From contig OX597820.1 in the NCBI GenBank assembly GCA_951406725.2, forward strand, positions 67,642,001 through 67,706,000: a stretch of 64,000 nucleotides of DNA. The letters run 5' to 3'. This DNA comes from Octopus vulgaris (taxonomy: Eukaryota). Shown piece after piece: positions 1-12,692 of this stretch. The translations under genes were made by a program, and so were the position numbers. A model generated the notes under the pieces. It was not told the DNA's origin, did no database searches, and worked only from the letters and a program-made list of their open reading frames with translations. Every line of letters starts with the position of its first letter. Position 1 is the first letter of the stretch.

Positions 1-66
<66 letters not shown>
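1..66. repeat. (CA)n microsatellite
   Basis: Pure AC dinucleotide run from the window start. Confidence 0.98.
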
Positions 67-69
<3 letters not shown>

Positions 70-768
70 AAGAGTGAAATGAGTTCGAATGATGTTCATA
101 CTCAAAAATGAATGACAGAATGACAGGTTTAATGTATCACACAGCTTGATACCACCATCAGATGGTTGAGTACCTTTAGTAGAATTCACTGTTGCAAGCA
201 TTCAGGTTGGGTTTCAACTATGAAGATAAATTCTTGCCTTCCTCCGGCAGTCTCGGAAGAACTGGAATATAGTGGCATAGGAACTGCTTCTCTCATTAAA
301 TCTAGATTTTTCTTACAAATAAGAATGTATACATCTCAATCAACTTTCTTATGAACTCTTGTTCAATTTCTCTTTCCTAGATATTAGTTATTTGTTAAAA
401 CGAACAAAAGAAACTATATATATATATGTGTGTGTGTGTGTGTGCGTAAAATAACAGTATTGAGAAAATCATTGGTTTTATATATATAGCGTGATGTCAC
501 GCTTGATTTAGACAGTGGCACCTACAGACCGAACCGCAAACCGAATGATAGACTATCATAAATTAATACATCCATACATAACAAACGCTCGAATATAGTC
601 ACATAAACCCATACATATAGACACAGTAAACACGCACACAAGGAGACAGAGGTACACACACAAATACATACAGACAAACTCACACGCACACATATGCATA
701 TATGCATACACATACATGCACATACACACAAATACATACATACATACATACATACATACATACATACA

Positions 769-799
<31 letters not shown>

Positions 800-1006
800 G
801 TGTATACCTATGTACACTGACGCACACACGTGCGCACAAACAAACAAATAAACAAACAAAAAGAATGTAGCTCTAATAACGAGCGGAGTTGCGGAGTTAA
901 GGTTGCAAGACAGAACGAAAATTTTAGAAAAAATAAGTAAATAGTGTAAATCAAACTGGTGAGTGTATTAAATTATATGGCCCTAAAAGAGAATGACTCC
1001 CCAGAC

Positions 1007-1069
<63 letters not shown>

Positions 1070-1205
1070 CAACTGTAACTATATAGCGTTACAACTATGA
1101 TGTTGTTGGTAAAACATGTTCTTTGTCTATCTCCTTATCCTCTTGAAGATTTTGGGTAAAATTATACTAATGTGTCCTTCTGATTTAATTAAATTCTATG
1201 TCTTT

Positions 1206-1286
1206 GTGCCAGCTGAAGATTGGTCTACATTTTAAATTGATGCATTGTTCAATTAAATGGAGTCGCATGAAACGATCGTACTGCAT
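1206..1286 (+). ncRNA. Minimal type I hammerhead ribozyme motif within a Penelope-like terminal repeat remnant (~1110-1320)
   Basis: CUGAAGA at 1213-1219, long imperfect stem II, GAAA at 1269-1272, palindromic stem III ACGAUCGU, and GUA cleavage triplet at 1278-1280. Stem I is gtg(c)cag/ctgcat. The remnant is flanked by (TA)n. Confidence 0.6.
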
Positions 1287-1314
1287 TACCTCTGGATATC
1301 CTTGTTGCTTATTT

Positions 1315-1372
<58 letters not shown>

Positions 1373-1395
1373 GTATATCTATATATCTATATCTG

Positions 1396-1444
<49 letters not shown>

Positions 1445-2430
1445 GAATAGATTTCAGTGACAATATATGAATTCAAGTAATTTGGTAGTACTCATCAAAA
1501 GCTCTTTAATGTATCATTCTGCAAAACATGCATAATATATAATATGATAGAAGAGAAAATGATAAAGGTTGTATAAAGTTATAAATGACATAGAAATAGT
1601 TTGTTGAAATTTTATCTAACAACAAGAAAATTCTAATATTTGATTTTGCATTAATGCAGACATGTAAGTAATTTATTTATTGTTAAATATAATGATATAA
1701 ATCCTTTACATGTTTTAAGTTACGAAACAAATTGTCGTGATATTTGAATTTTTATTTTTAACTAAAATTTCATTAAACTATTTTTCTGTCATTTTTTACT
1801 CTATACACACACACACACACACAAAATATGTGTGTGTGTGTATTTGTGTGTATGATTGTGAATACATATATATTATTGGCATCAATACACAACCTACTCT
1901 CATATAATTACGTACTACTTAGAAATGAAATAATTTTTACGTTACGCTATTATTAATTTCTATAATTACAATATATTCAATAGTTAATTTCACAAACGTT
2001 TTACTTGTACCGCGAAATTATTCTGAACCACCAACACATCCACTATTAATTTCTCGTTTGGTCTGAAAGGGCCAAGAAGCAATCGAGTTAGCCATTAGCT
2101 GAGTGCGATGCACAGGTGCCCGTAGCTAGTAAGTGCATCCTCACTAGAAGTCTCCGTTCGTCAGTCACACTAATTGAGGTTAAAGAGAAGTGTCAATGTC
2201 GAGGAAGAAGATTTTTTCATAGTGGGGTAAATAGTTTGGCCAGAAGTTGCTAATACATACATACACACATACATACTTACATACATACATACGTACATAC
2301 ATACATACATACATACATATATTTACAAACATACATAGATGTACATACAAATACATATTTACATACACACATACATATATGTGTGTGTGTGTTTGTGTGG
2401 TGATTATGCGTACCCATGTGTGTCCTTGCT

Positions 2431-2465
2431 TCTGTGAATGCATGTGTATATCCATCGATCCATAC

Positions 2466-2509
<44 letters not shown>

Positions 2510-2545
2510 GGTATGGATCGATGGATATACGCATGCATTCACAGA
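2431..2545. repeat. Fold-back inverted repeat with 39-bp arms around an (AT)n centre
   Basis: 2431-2469 is the reverse complement of 2507-2545 with one substitution. Confidence 0.95.
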
Positions 2546-3584
2546 CATATATGAATCCAAATCCATATATATATATGTATATATATATATATGTCTGCAT
2601 GTTTATATATAGTTATAAATACATATATATATGCATGCATACGTGCATAAATGGATGTATATATATATATATATACACATACATATATGTATATATGTAT
2701 ATATATCCATTTATGTACGCATACGTGTATATATATGTATTTATACACACACACACACTGATATGTACATATGTATTTATTATGTGTGTGTGTGTATTTA
2801 TACAAGCATTCAAAAGTTTGGCTATATAAAATAACGTATGTCAGTGTATGTCTTTCTATTCCCCACTTTCTCTAATCATAGACAGACACATACATACATA
2901 CATACATACATACATACATACATACATACATACATACATACATACATGCGTACATACATATATACATACATACATATACAAACACACGCACGGAAGCACT
3001 CATGCACTCACACTCACACATAGCACACAGCACGCGCACACATAGATACCCCTGAGACCATATTCGTTCTTGCAGACATCATCTCTTGACACAAACCTTT
3101 GCTTCATTCGCAGCTGATGTGTTTAAGACAGGCCTGAGTGAAACTAAGTAGCAATTAGTGCAGATGCACTAAGGCCAGGTTGGAACACATACCTAGCAGG
3201 TAATGATGAATTAATAGAGGAGGGTCAGTGCTGGAGGAGGGATCGGAGGAGGGAGAGAAAAGCACTAATATTTGCTCAGAGTGCAATGAAAAGAAAAATA
3301 GAAAGATCTCTGGGCAAGATATTCACAGGAACCAAATTACAGGAGAGTTTGTGCAACATTTAAGTGTAGCATCGTATAGATTGTTGTCAGCGTTGTTAAA
3401 CGCACACAGAAGCAGCACCACATAAGCGAACAAACAAAATCAGTCACTCGTACAACGTGTCACGCATTCATATATTCACACACACACACACACTTATATA
3501 TGATTAATTTTTATTGTACACACGGACATTATTTCACGCGCGTTTACACTCAAATATTGAAAACCTCCTTCTCACTAAATGTTG

Positions 3585-3637
<53 letters not shown>

Positions 3638-3899
3638 TACACACACACACGCAGACACACACGTACGCTTAAGCGTACACGGTTATTTGAAACGGATTCA
3701 TATTCAAGTGGAGTTGTAGATTATGCTGAATGGTTTTGCCTTATTCCCAAAAGGTTTTGAAAAGAAGGTTATTAAAAGTTATTATTACAAGTTATGAAAT
3801 ATGCTGAGTATGAGCATACGCATGACACAGTCAGTGAGGCAGACAGACAGGCAGACAGGCAGACAGGCTGACGCATATTTACATGTATACGCATAAAGG

Positions 3900-3950
<51 letters not shown>

Positions 3951-3952
<2 letters not shown>

Positions 3953-4110
3953 CGCTGGCGTGGCCGTGTGGAAAGAAGCTTCTTTCCCAATCACATGGTC
4001 CTGGGTTCAGTCCCACTGCATGCCATCTTGGACAAGTGTTCTACTATAGCCTCGGGTCGACCAAAGCCCTCTGAGTGGATTTGGTAGACGGAAACAGAAA
4101 GAAGCCCGTC

Positions 4111-4169
<59 letters not shown>

Positions 4170-4411
4170 TGCATATATTTATATATTTATGTGTGTATGT
4201 CTTTGTGTCTGTGTTTGTCCCCCCATCGTCGCTTGACAACCAATATTAGTGTGTTTATGTCCCCGTAACTTAGCGGTTCAGCAAAATAGACCGATAGAAT
4301 AAGTACCAAGCTTACGAAAAATAAATCCTGCGGTGGAGTTTTTTGACTAAAAGGTGGCGCTCCGGCATGGCTGCAGTCAAATGACTGAAACGAGTAAAAG
4401 AGTAAAAGAGA
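3951..4411 (+). mobile_element. tRNA-derived CORE-like SINE (family A) with internal (TA)n
   Basis: A/B-box head (tggccgtgtgg...gggttcagtccc), CORE-like cttggacaagtgt, tail gagtaaaagag; about ten homologous copies in the window. Confidence 0.9.
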
Positions 4412-4454
4412 ATATATATATACATATATATATATACATATATACATTTGTGTG

Positions 4455-4504
<50 letters not shown>

Positions 4505-4849
4505 ACATACACACATATACATATATGTATATACCTACCTGTATACATATATTCATACCTGCATATACATACGACCACACGTATGACCATCAGACTAAAA
4601 GATTAAAACGATTTTGTTACATAGATTTATTTAAGGTTATGATTGCTTCGAATGGTTAGAGAAACTCCCCCATCGCTACACATTAGTTTGTACGCATAAT
4701 TAATTAATCAATCGATCAACTAATAAATGAAACTCACACCCCCAACCATCGCCGCCATACCTTAAAGTCGTAATGGTAGATTTTTTAATGATGTTTCCAG
4801 CAACTATAAACAGTGGTAGAAGACAATTGGGAAGATTGTTGGTATCTCA

Positions 4850-5360
4850 GTTATTTCACTAACGATATTTTCATCAGTTGATAATCAATACTCAATAATT
4901 AGAACAAATATCGATTACCAACCATGTCATCAGACAGCATAATGAAATACGATTTATCGGAGAAATTTTACCCTTATATGTAGACGTGCATTATGTATCA
5001 ACAAATGATACGAAGAAAGAAAGTGAAAGCGAAAGCATCACAATAAGACAAGTAGTAAAAGCTATACATAAACGTCCAAAAGAATGTTTCGCGGTTTGAG
5101 TTGAGGTTAAGGAGTCAAGTAACTCATTGAAATAACATGGGCCATAAATGAATAGCAAAAAGCGTTACATTGGTAGAGGAAAAAATAGTGAGATGAAGGT
5201 TGTCCAAAAACAATATTATAAGACCTACTGCAGGGGGCACCCATCGTTGCCACCTCTGTACAAAAGGTTATAAGCCCTTAGCGGGACTGAAGAGCCATAG
5301 CTATACTTCTCATGTTTAAGAGAACAATCAAGCGATGTAATTACCCGAAATCGAGGGTGT
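4850..5360 (+). mobile_element. Decayed RTE-like LINE 3' end with a C-terminal C2H2 finger
   Basis: 5239-5319 translates THRCHLCTKGYKPLAGLKSHSYTSHV*; the upstream sequence is full of stops. Confidence 0.5.
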
Positions 5361-5590
5361 GATAAATCTTTTTACACATCTTTAGTTCCTCATTGTTTGA
5401 TTAGCAAAATCTATCTTATCGGGCTTCCCTTAGAGTTCAGAAAGTACAAACAGCCAATCGATAAATGCAAGAACCACTCAAGGATTGAGCACAACTCAAG
5501 CGAGCAGACTACTTATTCAAAATTTGGGTATGCATTCCAGCATAAGTAGCCGATATTTTGATGGTGAGGCTAATAGCAAATATGTGGGTA

Positions 5591-6020
5591 AGGCGGCCAG
5601 CCCTGCAGAAACGTTAGCACGCCGGGCGATATGCTTAGCGGTATTTCGTCTGCCGTTACGTTCTGAGTTCAAATTCCGCCGAGGTCGACTTTTCCTTTCA
5701 CCCTTTCGAGGGTCGATTAAATAAGTACCAGTTACGTACTGGGGTCGATGTAATCGACTTAATCCGTTTGTCGGTCCTTGTTTGTCCTCTCGCTGTGTTT
5801 AGCCCCTTGTGGGTAGTAAAGAAATAGGTATTTCGTCTGCCGCTAGTTCTGAGATAAAATTCCGCCGAGGTTGACTTTGTCTTTCATCCTTTTGGGGTCG
5901 ATTAAATAAGTACCAGTTACGCACTGGGGTCGATATAATCGACTTAATCCGTTTGTCTGCCCTTGTTTGTCCCCTCTATGTTTAGCCCCTTGTGGGCAAT
6001 AAAGAAATAAGAAATAAGAA
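5591..6020 (+). mobile_element. tRNA-derived SINE (family B, Meta/MESC-like central domain), dimeric
   Basis: Head ggcgg...gagttcaaattcc; the central block ctttcatcctttnggggtcgattaaataagtacc occurs twice; tail aagaaataagaaat. Confidence 0.88.
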
Positions 6021-6621
6021 ATTCTTTTATCTTATTTTCAATGGCGGTGAATTAACAAAACCGTGTGAGTTCCACAAAACGGGAAATAAATTTCAGTGAA
6101 TTATCTTTATGCACAATAAGGAATAGTTTCATGGTTTTTATCAAAGTTTTATAAGTGTTGTATATCAACAAATATTTAAACGGGAAATGATATATTTTCA
6201 AACAACAATATTACTTTTTTGCTGAATGAAGACTTTGGAAAAATAGTACACCTACATCAAAACAAGAAGTTACAAGCTGCAGAAGGAGATGCAATCAATA
6301 AATCAAAGATTTTAATATATCTGTCACTATTTTAATTGCACTTTTCTTCTTCAGGTTTAACGCCTATATTCATTCTATAGTCTATGGTTGTATTTGGGAA
6401 TGAAATATAAGTGCCTGTTTATTTTTCGGTGGCATGTGGCGAAAAAAAAAATGAACTTTGACTAGAAATAAACACAAGTAAATCAAATGACCAAATTGTA
6501 AGAATTCACAGATTTTTACTTTGTTTTCTCAAATAAATTAGGTGAAAATAATTTAAAATTAAACTGAAGGATTACTCAATACATACTTTTGTAAAGTAAA
6601 TTATGATACTTTTACAAGAAT

Positions 6622-6712
6622 GGTGATAGTGACTTCAAAGTTTCGGCCTGCCAGCCTTCATCGGACTGTCTAATGAAGGCTACCATTCCCAAACGTCGAA
6701 GTCATTGTCACC
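6622..6712. mobile_element. Inverted pair of degenerate Penelope-type hammerhead-like motifs
   Basis: Imperfect palindrome centred at 6667. The minus strand reads CCGAUGA-A-GGC..GCC-GAAA-CUUUGAA-GUC; the plus strand reads CUAAUGA...CAAA-CGUCGAA-GUC. Confidence 0.55.
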
Positions 6713-6749
6713 CCACTTCATGTAAAAGTATAATTAATATATATATATA

Positions 6750-6918
6750 TATTTTCTCTTCTTGTTTCTCTCCTTTTTTTCTGTGTCCGTTTCTGTAAAA
6801 GAGCGTAGGCTCGAAACGTAAAAGACTTTTTCTATTCCTGAGCGTTATACTAATACATCTGTTTGTTTTGTACACCACCTGTCTTCGTCTTTTTTCTCTT
6901 TTTCGTAAACTCTCCCTA
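6750..6918 (+). mobile_element. Penelope-like terminal repeat remnant between (TA)n tracts
   Basis: ctgtaaaa-gagc-gtag-gctc-gaaacgt motif followed by cctgagcg...; a related copy lies at 41590-41780. Confidence 0.5.
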
Positions 6919-6925
6919 TATATAC

Positions 6926-6992
<67 letters not shown>

Positions 6993-8022
6993 TGTTTGCT
7001 TATCTAACTATCTGATTATCAGTTTATCTATCTCTCTGAATATTTACCTGTCAGTCTAATTATTTATATATTTATATATATGTATCCATTTGTTCGAACA
7101 TTATAAACTTTCGTGTAAATTTTTTGTAGAATCAGTCATAATTATATCGCTTTTTCGAACAACATATTCTCATTGCAGCGCAAACACATAGACACGCGAG
7201 CGAGAGCATGCTTATACATCCAATTAAACCCGTATTTATTTACACAGGTAGAGACAGACGGACACACACACACTCACACATTTTTCCTACCTCTCTCCAT
7301 TTAAACTTGGTGCATCGCCTTAAAATATTTACTATTTTGCACCAACTAAATAAAATACATTGAAAGTGATTTGTTCTTTATTTTTGAATATATAAAATAA
7401 TATAGAAATATATAAAGTACGATAGAAATCTCATTTACATCCATTTATTAATTAATGATGGAAATTAGTTATACATATATAGAAAAAAAGAAGATCATCC
7501 TTGTTTAGAACTGCAATGTGTTTATCATCTTAGAATAATTAAGTCTAAATTAATATTAAAATAATGGAATATATTATTAATTTTTGTCGAATATATTATA
7601 TGAAAGTACAAAATGCAGATTGCTTCTCACATTGTTTCTACAATCCTTATATAGTGGAAGTGTTGTTTGTTATCGCTGATATTATTTTACGAAGACTCAA
7701 TTATTTGTTTTAGGATTGGGGATATTTTAAATTATAAACGAAGATATTAACTCTTTTTGTTTTAATTTGAAACAACTAGAGTAATACATACACAAAGAGG
7801 TTAATCTGTAAACAAAGTAATAACATTCAGCTTTCGTAAATTGTTTGTTTATTTGCCTTTGTCTATGTACTTTTGAACAGGTTAAGTCTCATAGAGGAGT
7901 CATTTCATGTCAAAGTCGCTATTTTGATTTAAATCAAATGGTGATATAAACACAAGATTATATTGATATTTCAGATACAGCTTAGAGGCCTTTTCCCGTT
8001 ATTATCTTTTTTTATCCTATTA

Positions 8023-8082
<60 letters not shown>

Positions 8083-8481
8083 AAAATATTGTTTCAATAT
8101 ATGAATTTATATAAAATTTTATCTGATTATAAGATTTTTGTAATTTGTTTCCAGTAGTAAAAATTTCCACTTCATGCGTAGTTAACTATTTTCTTCTGTT
8201 TTTTTTTTTTTGTTTTTATAAATGTTATGCTCTTGTCACAATGAATGTTTGGAGAAACACTCAGATATTTTGAGTAAACAGAATTTTCAAATTTAATATA
8301 AAAAATGGCAAATAAATGTACCCCTGTTTGTAATTATTATATGAAATGTTTGAAACATGGCGTTTATATATTTGTACATTTAATGAGTGCGTTCGAAAAC
8401 AATTAAAACTAACGAGACAGAACAAATATCGTGTATTAGCTATAAAGTAAACCCTCATCCGCTGCTTAGTAACCAAATATC

Positions 8482-8635
8482 GGGCGTAAGTATGGATGTT
8501 TGTTTAAGAAGTTCGCTTCGCAATGACGTGGATTCCGAGTTCGATCCCACAGAATGGCAACGCGAGTAATTTTTTTCCCATCATTGCCGTACAAGTGGAA
8601 TTCAGTAAACAGAATCTTTGCAAAAGCTAGACGCA
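8482..8635 (+). mobile_element. Old degenerate family A SINE head
   Basis: gggcgtaagtatggatg...gagttcgatccc aligns with the family A 5' region. Confidence 0.6.
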
Positions 8636-8867
8636 TATGTATTTCTATCTATCTATCTATCTATCTATGATGAAACGTCTTTTTGTATATACACACATAT
8701 TCGTTTGAATGTATCTGTTCTGTTGCTACATGTGCACACACGCACACACTCGTGCATACACACACATACGCATGTACAGACAGAGAGACATACAGACAGA
8801 CAGACGGACACACACTCACGCACACATACACACACACATAGTCATATATGTCATATATGTAAACATA

Positions 8868-8912
<45 letters not shown>

Positions 8913-9471
8913 TATATATATTAGTTCTTAAGCGAAGGATTACTTTTAAGAAATCTGAAAGCACAAAGTACCGATAGGTTCCGGAAAGACCTCCATTAGT
9001 TATTTAAGAACCTTAGACTTTTTTTTTTATTATAATGGAGCCATGTCTTAATTTTCCATATGACTCTGTCTCTGTTCTCTACTGAAACACAAATGGCATA
9101 ATGAATCTACAGTTTATTACAATGAATCAATTAAAAGAAACAGTTTCAGAGAAGTAAAATATAAACCTTCTAACAACACTACATGCATACATGGTGGAAG
9201 TCGAGTTAGATCCATTTCTTAAACCCATTTCACTCTAAGAAATATCTCGTGTTTTATCTCCCCCATCACTGAAGACGTATCATATGGCTCCAAATTTTTG
9301 TGGTGGACCTACAGCATATTTCACACCGACTACAAGTCAAGTTTCCAGCAACAGCCTAACCATTTGGATATTGGGGCCTACAAAGCCGAGTTAGTCCACA
9401 GGCCGACCTTCCACCACCCTGCTACACTAAATGATCGAGAGAACATAAACATGCTGGATGTTACATTACAG

Positions 9472-9507
<36 letters not shown>

Positions 9508-9913
9508 TGGTGGGAGGGCACGTCCGTGACCACGCTCGTGGCTTAGTAGGCCGGCCTTTGAAAAGCAGAAACGATCACGCCGGTCATCTCAAAAAGGCTT
9601 CGTATATGAAAGGTTTACATCCTCCACATACATATGTCTTTCATCGAATTCTGATGAACAATCTCAACACTGTCACTTGTAGTTTTTCATACGCAAGAGT
9701 TTCATAGGCAATCCCTTATCTCGCTCACAACTGTCATGCAATATTTGGACCGTTTATTAACTGAAACAAGTGACTTTACAGTTCGCAAAAAGGGATTAAT
9801 AAATATGTTACGATTACTGCGTGTGTGTGTGGCTTTTAATGCTGTTCGAAAGTTATTATTGCAATCAGTTTGTAAAAAAGTTGCCGTGGTCCAATGTAAT
9901 GCCAATATAATAA

Positions 9914-10232
9914 TATTTTATTTATTTATGCGCCCTTTTACAAGCCTAGCCAGGCTCATGGGCCCTATTTCCCGGTTTCTATGGCGTATGTGTTCCCCCC
10001 AGCTGGACGGGACGCCTGTCCATCGCAGCGTTACTCAAGAAACAGGAAGAAAGAGCGGGAGAAAGTTGGCGCGAAAGAGTACAACAAGGGTCGCCGCCAA
10101 CCCCTGCCGGAGCCTCGTGGAGCTTTAGGTGTTTTTGCTCAATAAGCACACACAACGCCCGGTCTGGGAATCGAAATCGCGATCCTCCGACCGCGTGTCA
10201 ACTGCCCCAACCACTGGGCCATTGCACCTCCA
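9914..10232 (-). mobile_element. tRNA-derived SINE (family C) with target-site duplication
   Basis: Head tggaggtgcaatggcccagtggtt...ttcgattccc on the minus strand; tail shared with 54240-54500; flanked by caatataataa on both sides. Confidence 0.88.
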
Positions 10233-10797
10233 ATATAATAAATACCCATAATAAACTGTGACACATTCAGACGACTTTATAATAATTTTCTATGAAAATA
10301 AAAATGAAAAATAAAGCATTAAATTTTATAAAACGAAATGAACGAATTATGCATTGTAAGGTGGTTGGAATCTAATAGTCTTCGTAAGAATAATCATTTC
10401 AGTATGACAAAACGTACGCAGTACTGAAGCCATTTTATAATTTCGCTGACGAAAAAAGATGTTTTAATTTTGTTGGATATGAACTTACACATTCATCAAT
10501 TACAATTAGTCAAATTCTGTTCTTTGCATTTTCGATCAGAATCTGAATATCGAACTACTAGCCTAATGTGAGACACAATACTGGCTTGTGTACCTGTAAT
10601 ATACTTGGTAGTATGTTATGGTCGCAAAACAAAAGATTATGTTCTTTCCAGCAATGAATATGTACGTACCGGTTGCTGGAAATCTGTTTAATATGTAAAT
10701 TGGGTAATTCAGTTGCGTTACATCGCTAAACTTAGTGAGTATTTAAATAATATGTTCGTGGATAGTCGATTGGTTGCATGTGGTGCTGATGAAAAAA

Positions 10798-11121
10798 CTA
10801 AAGAACCCCTTCGGTCATGAATGACCCTGGGATGCACCTAGAAAGTTCCCCTCCGAGACACACGTCCGGACAAGGTTGTTCATGGAAGATTAGTAGTCGC
10901 CCATGCATACCACGCCGCTGATGTTGCCCAAGGGAAAGGCAAGGGCCGATACAGCTTGGCACCTGTGACGTCGCAACTCATTTCTACAGCTGTGTGAACT
11001 GGAGCAACGTGAAATAAAGTGTCTTGCTCAAGAACACAACACAGAATCCGATCCAAGAATCGAACTGGCTAACTCATGATTATGAATCGGACGCTCTAAC
11101 CACTGAGCCATGTGTCTTCAC
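10798..11121 (-). mobile_element. tRNA-derived SINE (family C head and core, different tail)
   Basis: Head tggctcagtggttagagcgt...gttcgattc; core ttcttgagcaagacactttatttcacgttgctccag. Confidence 0.85.
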
Positions 11122-11371
11122 ACTGAGCCGAAAAAACTGTAACTCTTGAAATATACATATATACTCATTACCTAATATTTTTTCTAGCTTTGATCATGTT
11201 CTTTATATAGACGTAATCGTTTACAAAACGTCGGAACTTGCAATGCTGACTCCTAATACCATAGAAAATGTATAGAGATGATCTTAAAAAATTGATACAA
11301 GTGCACGATCTTAGATACGTACCTTTTGCGTGGTGCCCAGGGAAGTAAGTCAAATAGAAAAAAAGTAAACA

Positions 11372-11533
11372 GGCGTAGGGGTGGCTGGGTGGTAATTAGC
11401 TTGCTTACGAACCACATGGTTCCGGGTTCAGTCCCAATGTGTGGTACCTTGGGCAAGTGTCTTCTACTATAGCCTCGAACCCACCAAAACCTTGTGAGTG
11501 GATTTGGTAAACGGAAACTGAAAGAAGCCCGTC

Positions 11534-11579
<46 letters not shown>

Positions 11580-11808
11580 GTGTGTGTGTGTATATGTTTG
11601 TATGTCTGTTTGTCTCCCCAACATCGCTTGACAACCGATGCTGGTGTGTTTACGTTCCCGTAGCTTAGCGGTTCGGCAAAAGTGACCGATAGAATAAATA
11701 ATAGGCTTACAAAGAATATGTCCTGGTGTCGATTTGCTCGACTAAAAGGCGGTGCTCCAGCATGGCCACAGTCAAATGACTAAAACAAAGACAAGAGTAA
11801 AAGAGTAA
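11372..11808 (+). mobile_element. Family A SINE, full length
   Basis: Head, CORE-like block, internal (TA)n and gagtaaaagag tail are all present. Confidence 0.92.
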
Positions 11809-12139
11809 TTATGTTAGTGTAATAACGGTGATGTCGGTGTTGATTATGGTAAAGGGAGAGAGAGAGGGGGAGAAGAGGAGGGAGAGAGTAAGAGAGAGAG
11901 AAAGAAGAGACGGTTTAAACACGAAGCGGGAGGGCAGACGGAAAATATCAGGACGTAGCAAATGTATCTAACATCACTGCATTTTTAGATATCCCATTTA
12001 TATTCTTCCTCTTTTTTTTCTGTCTATCCATCCACATTCGTTTGAAGTGTTTTTGCATAGCATCATATAAAATAATTATTTCGCAACAAGACCGGGAAAA
12101 TGATAAGGTCTTCTGAGTACATATATCCATGTTAAGCCT

Positions 12140-12280
12140 ACAAACCAAATTTCACTCAAGTTATTAACTCGAGGCTATAGCTAAAGATTCTTACCCAAGA
12201 TTCTTCGCCGTGACACCGGACCAAGAACCACATGGTTACGACGTGAACTTTTTAAACATACAGCGCTACCCGCGCTTATG
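12140..12280 (-). mobile_element. Family A SINE 5' fragment, degenerate
   Basis: ctcgaggctatagctaaagattcttacccaag...accacatggtt matches the family A reverse complement. Confidence 0.65.
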
Positions 12281-12692
12281 TTACTGATGATTTTTTTGAA
12301 AAACCACAATCTAGTGAGGCAGTTACTATACTTTGTTCACTGGAACTGTGGATTCAAGCCTAGCTGTATGAGTAATTTTTCTGATATGAAAACGGTTTAT
12401 AAAACAGTGAATTAAGATTTGTTAAAGTTTTACAAATTTAATTGCAGAGTAACAGAATGAAAAAGACTGATTTCAATTTCCATAATTAAGATTGCATATT
12501 TTTGATGTTAAGTGAAAAATTGTGGATAGCAACTCTCAAGTTAGAATCGAAAAGGTGTATAACAAAGAGGAGTATAGCTTTCAGAGATATTGTCTCGTAA
12601 GCCTGCACACTTATAATTACATATATGAAATTTTACAACATCCAAGGAACTAAATGTTTCAAACAAAATACAGGTTCAAAAGAAAATAGATA

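Noticed and set aside
67-380. Possible exon or ORF 166-354
   Set aside because: No recognisable homology; stops in all minus frames after the only plausible acceptor.
5239-5319. C2H2 zinc finger suggesting a host ZNF gene
   Set aside because: Single finger with no TGEKP linker, followed by a stop and embedded in stop-ridden RTE-like sequence.
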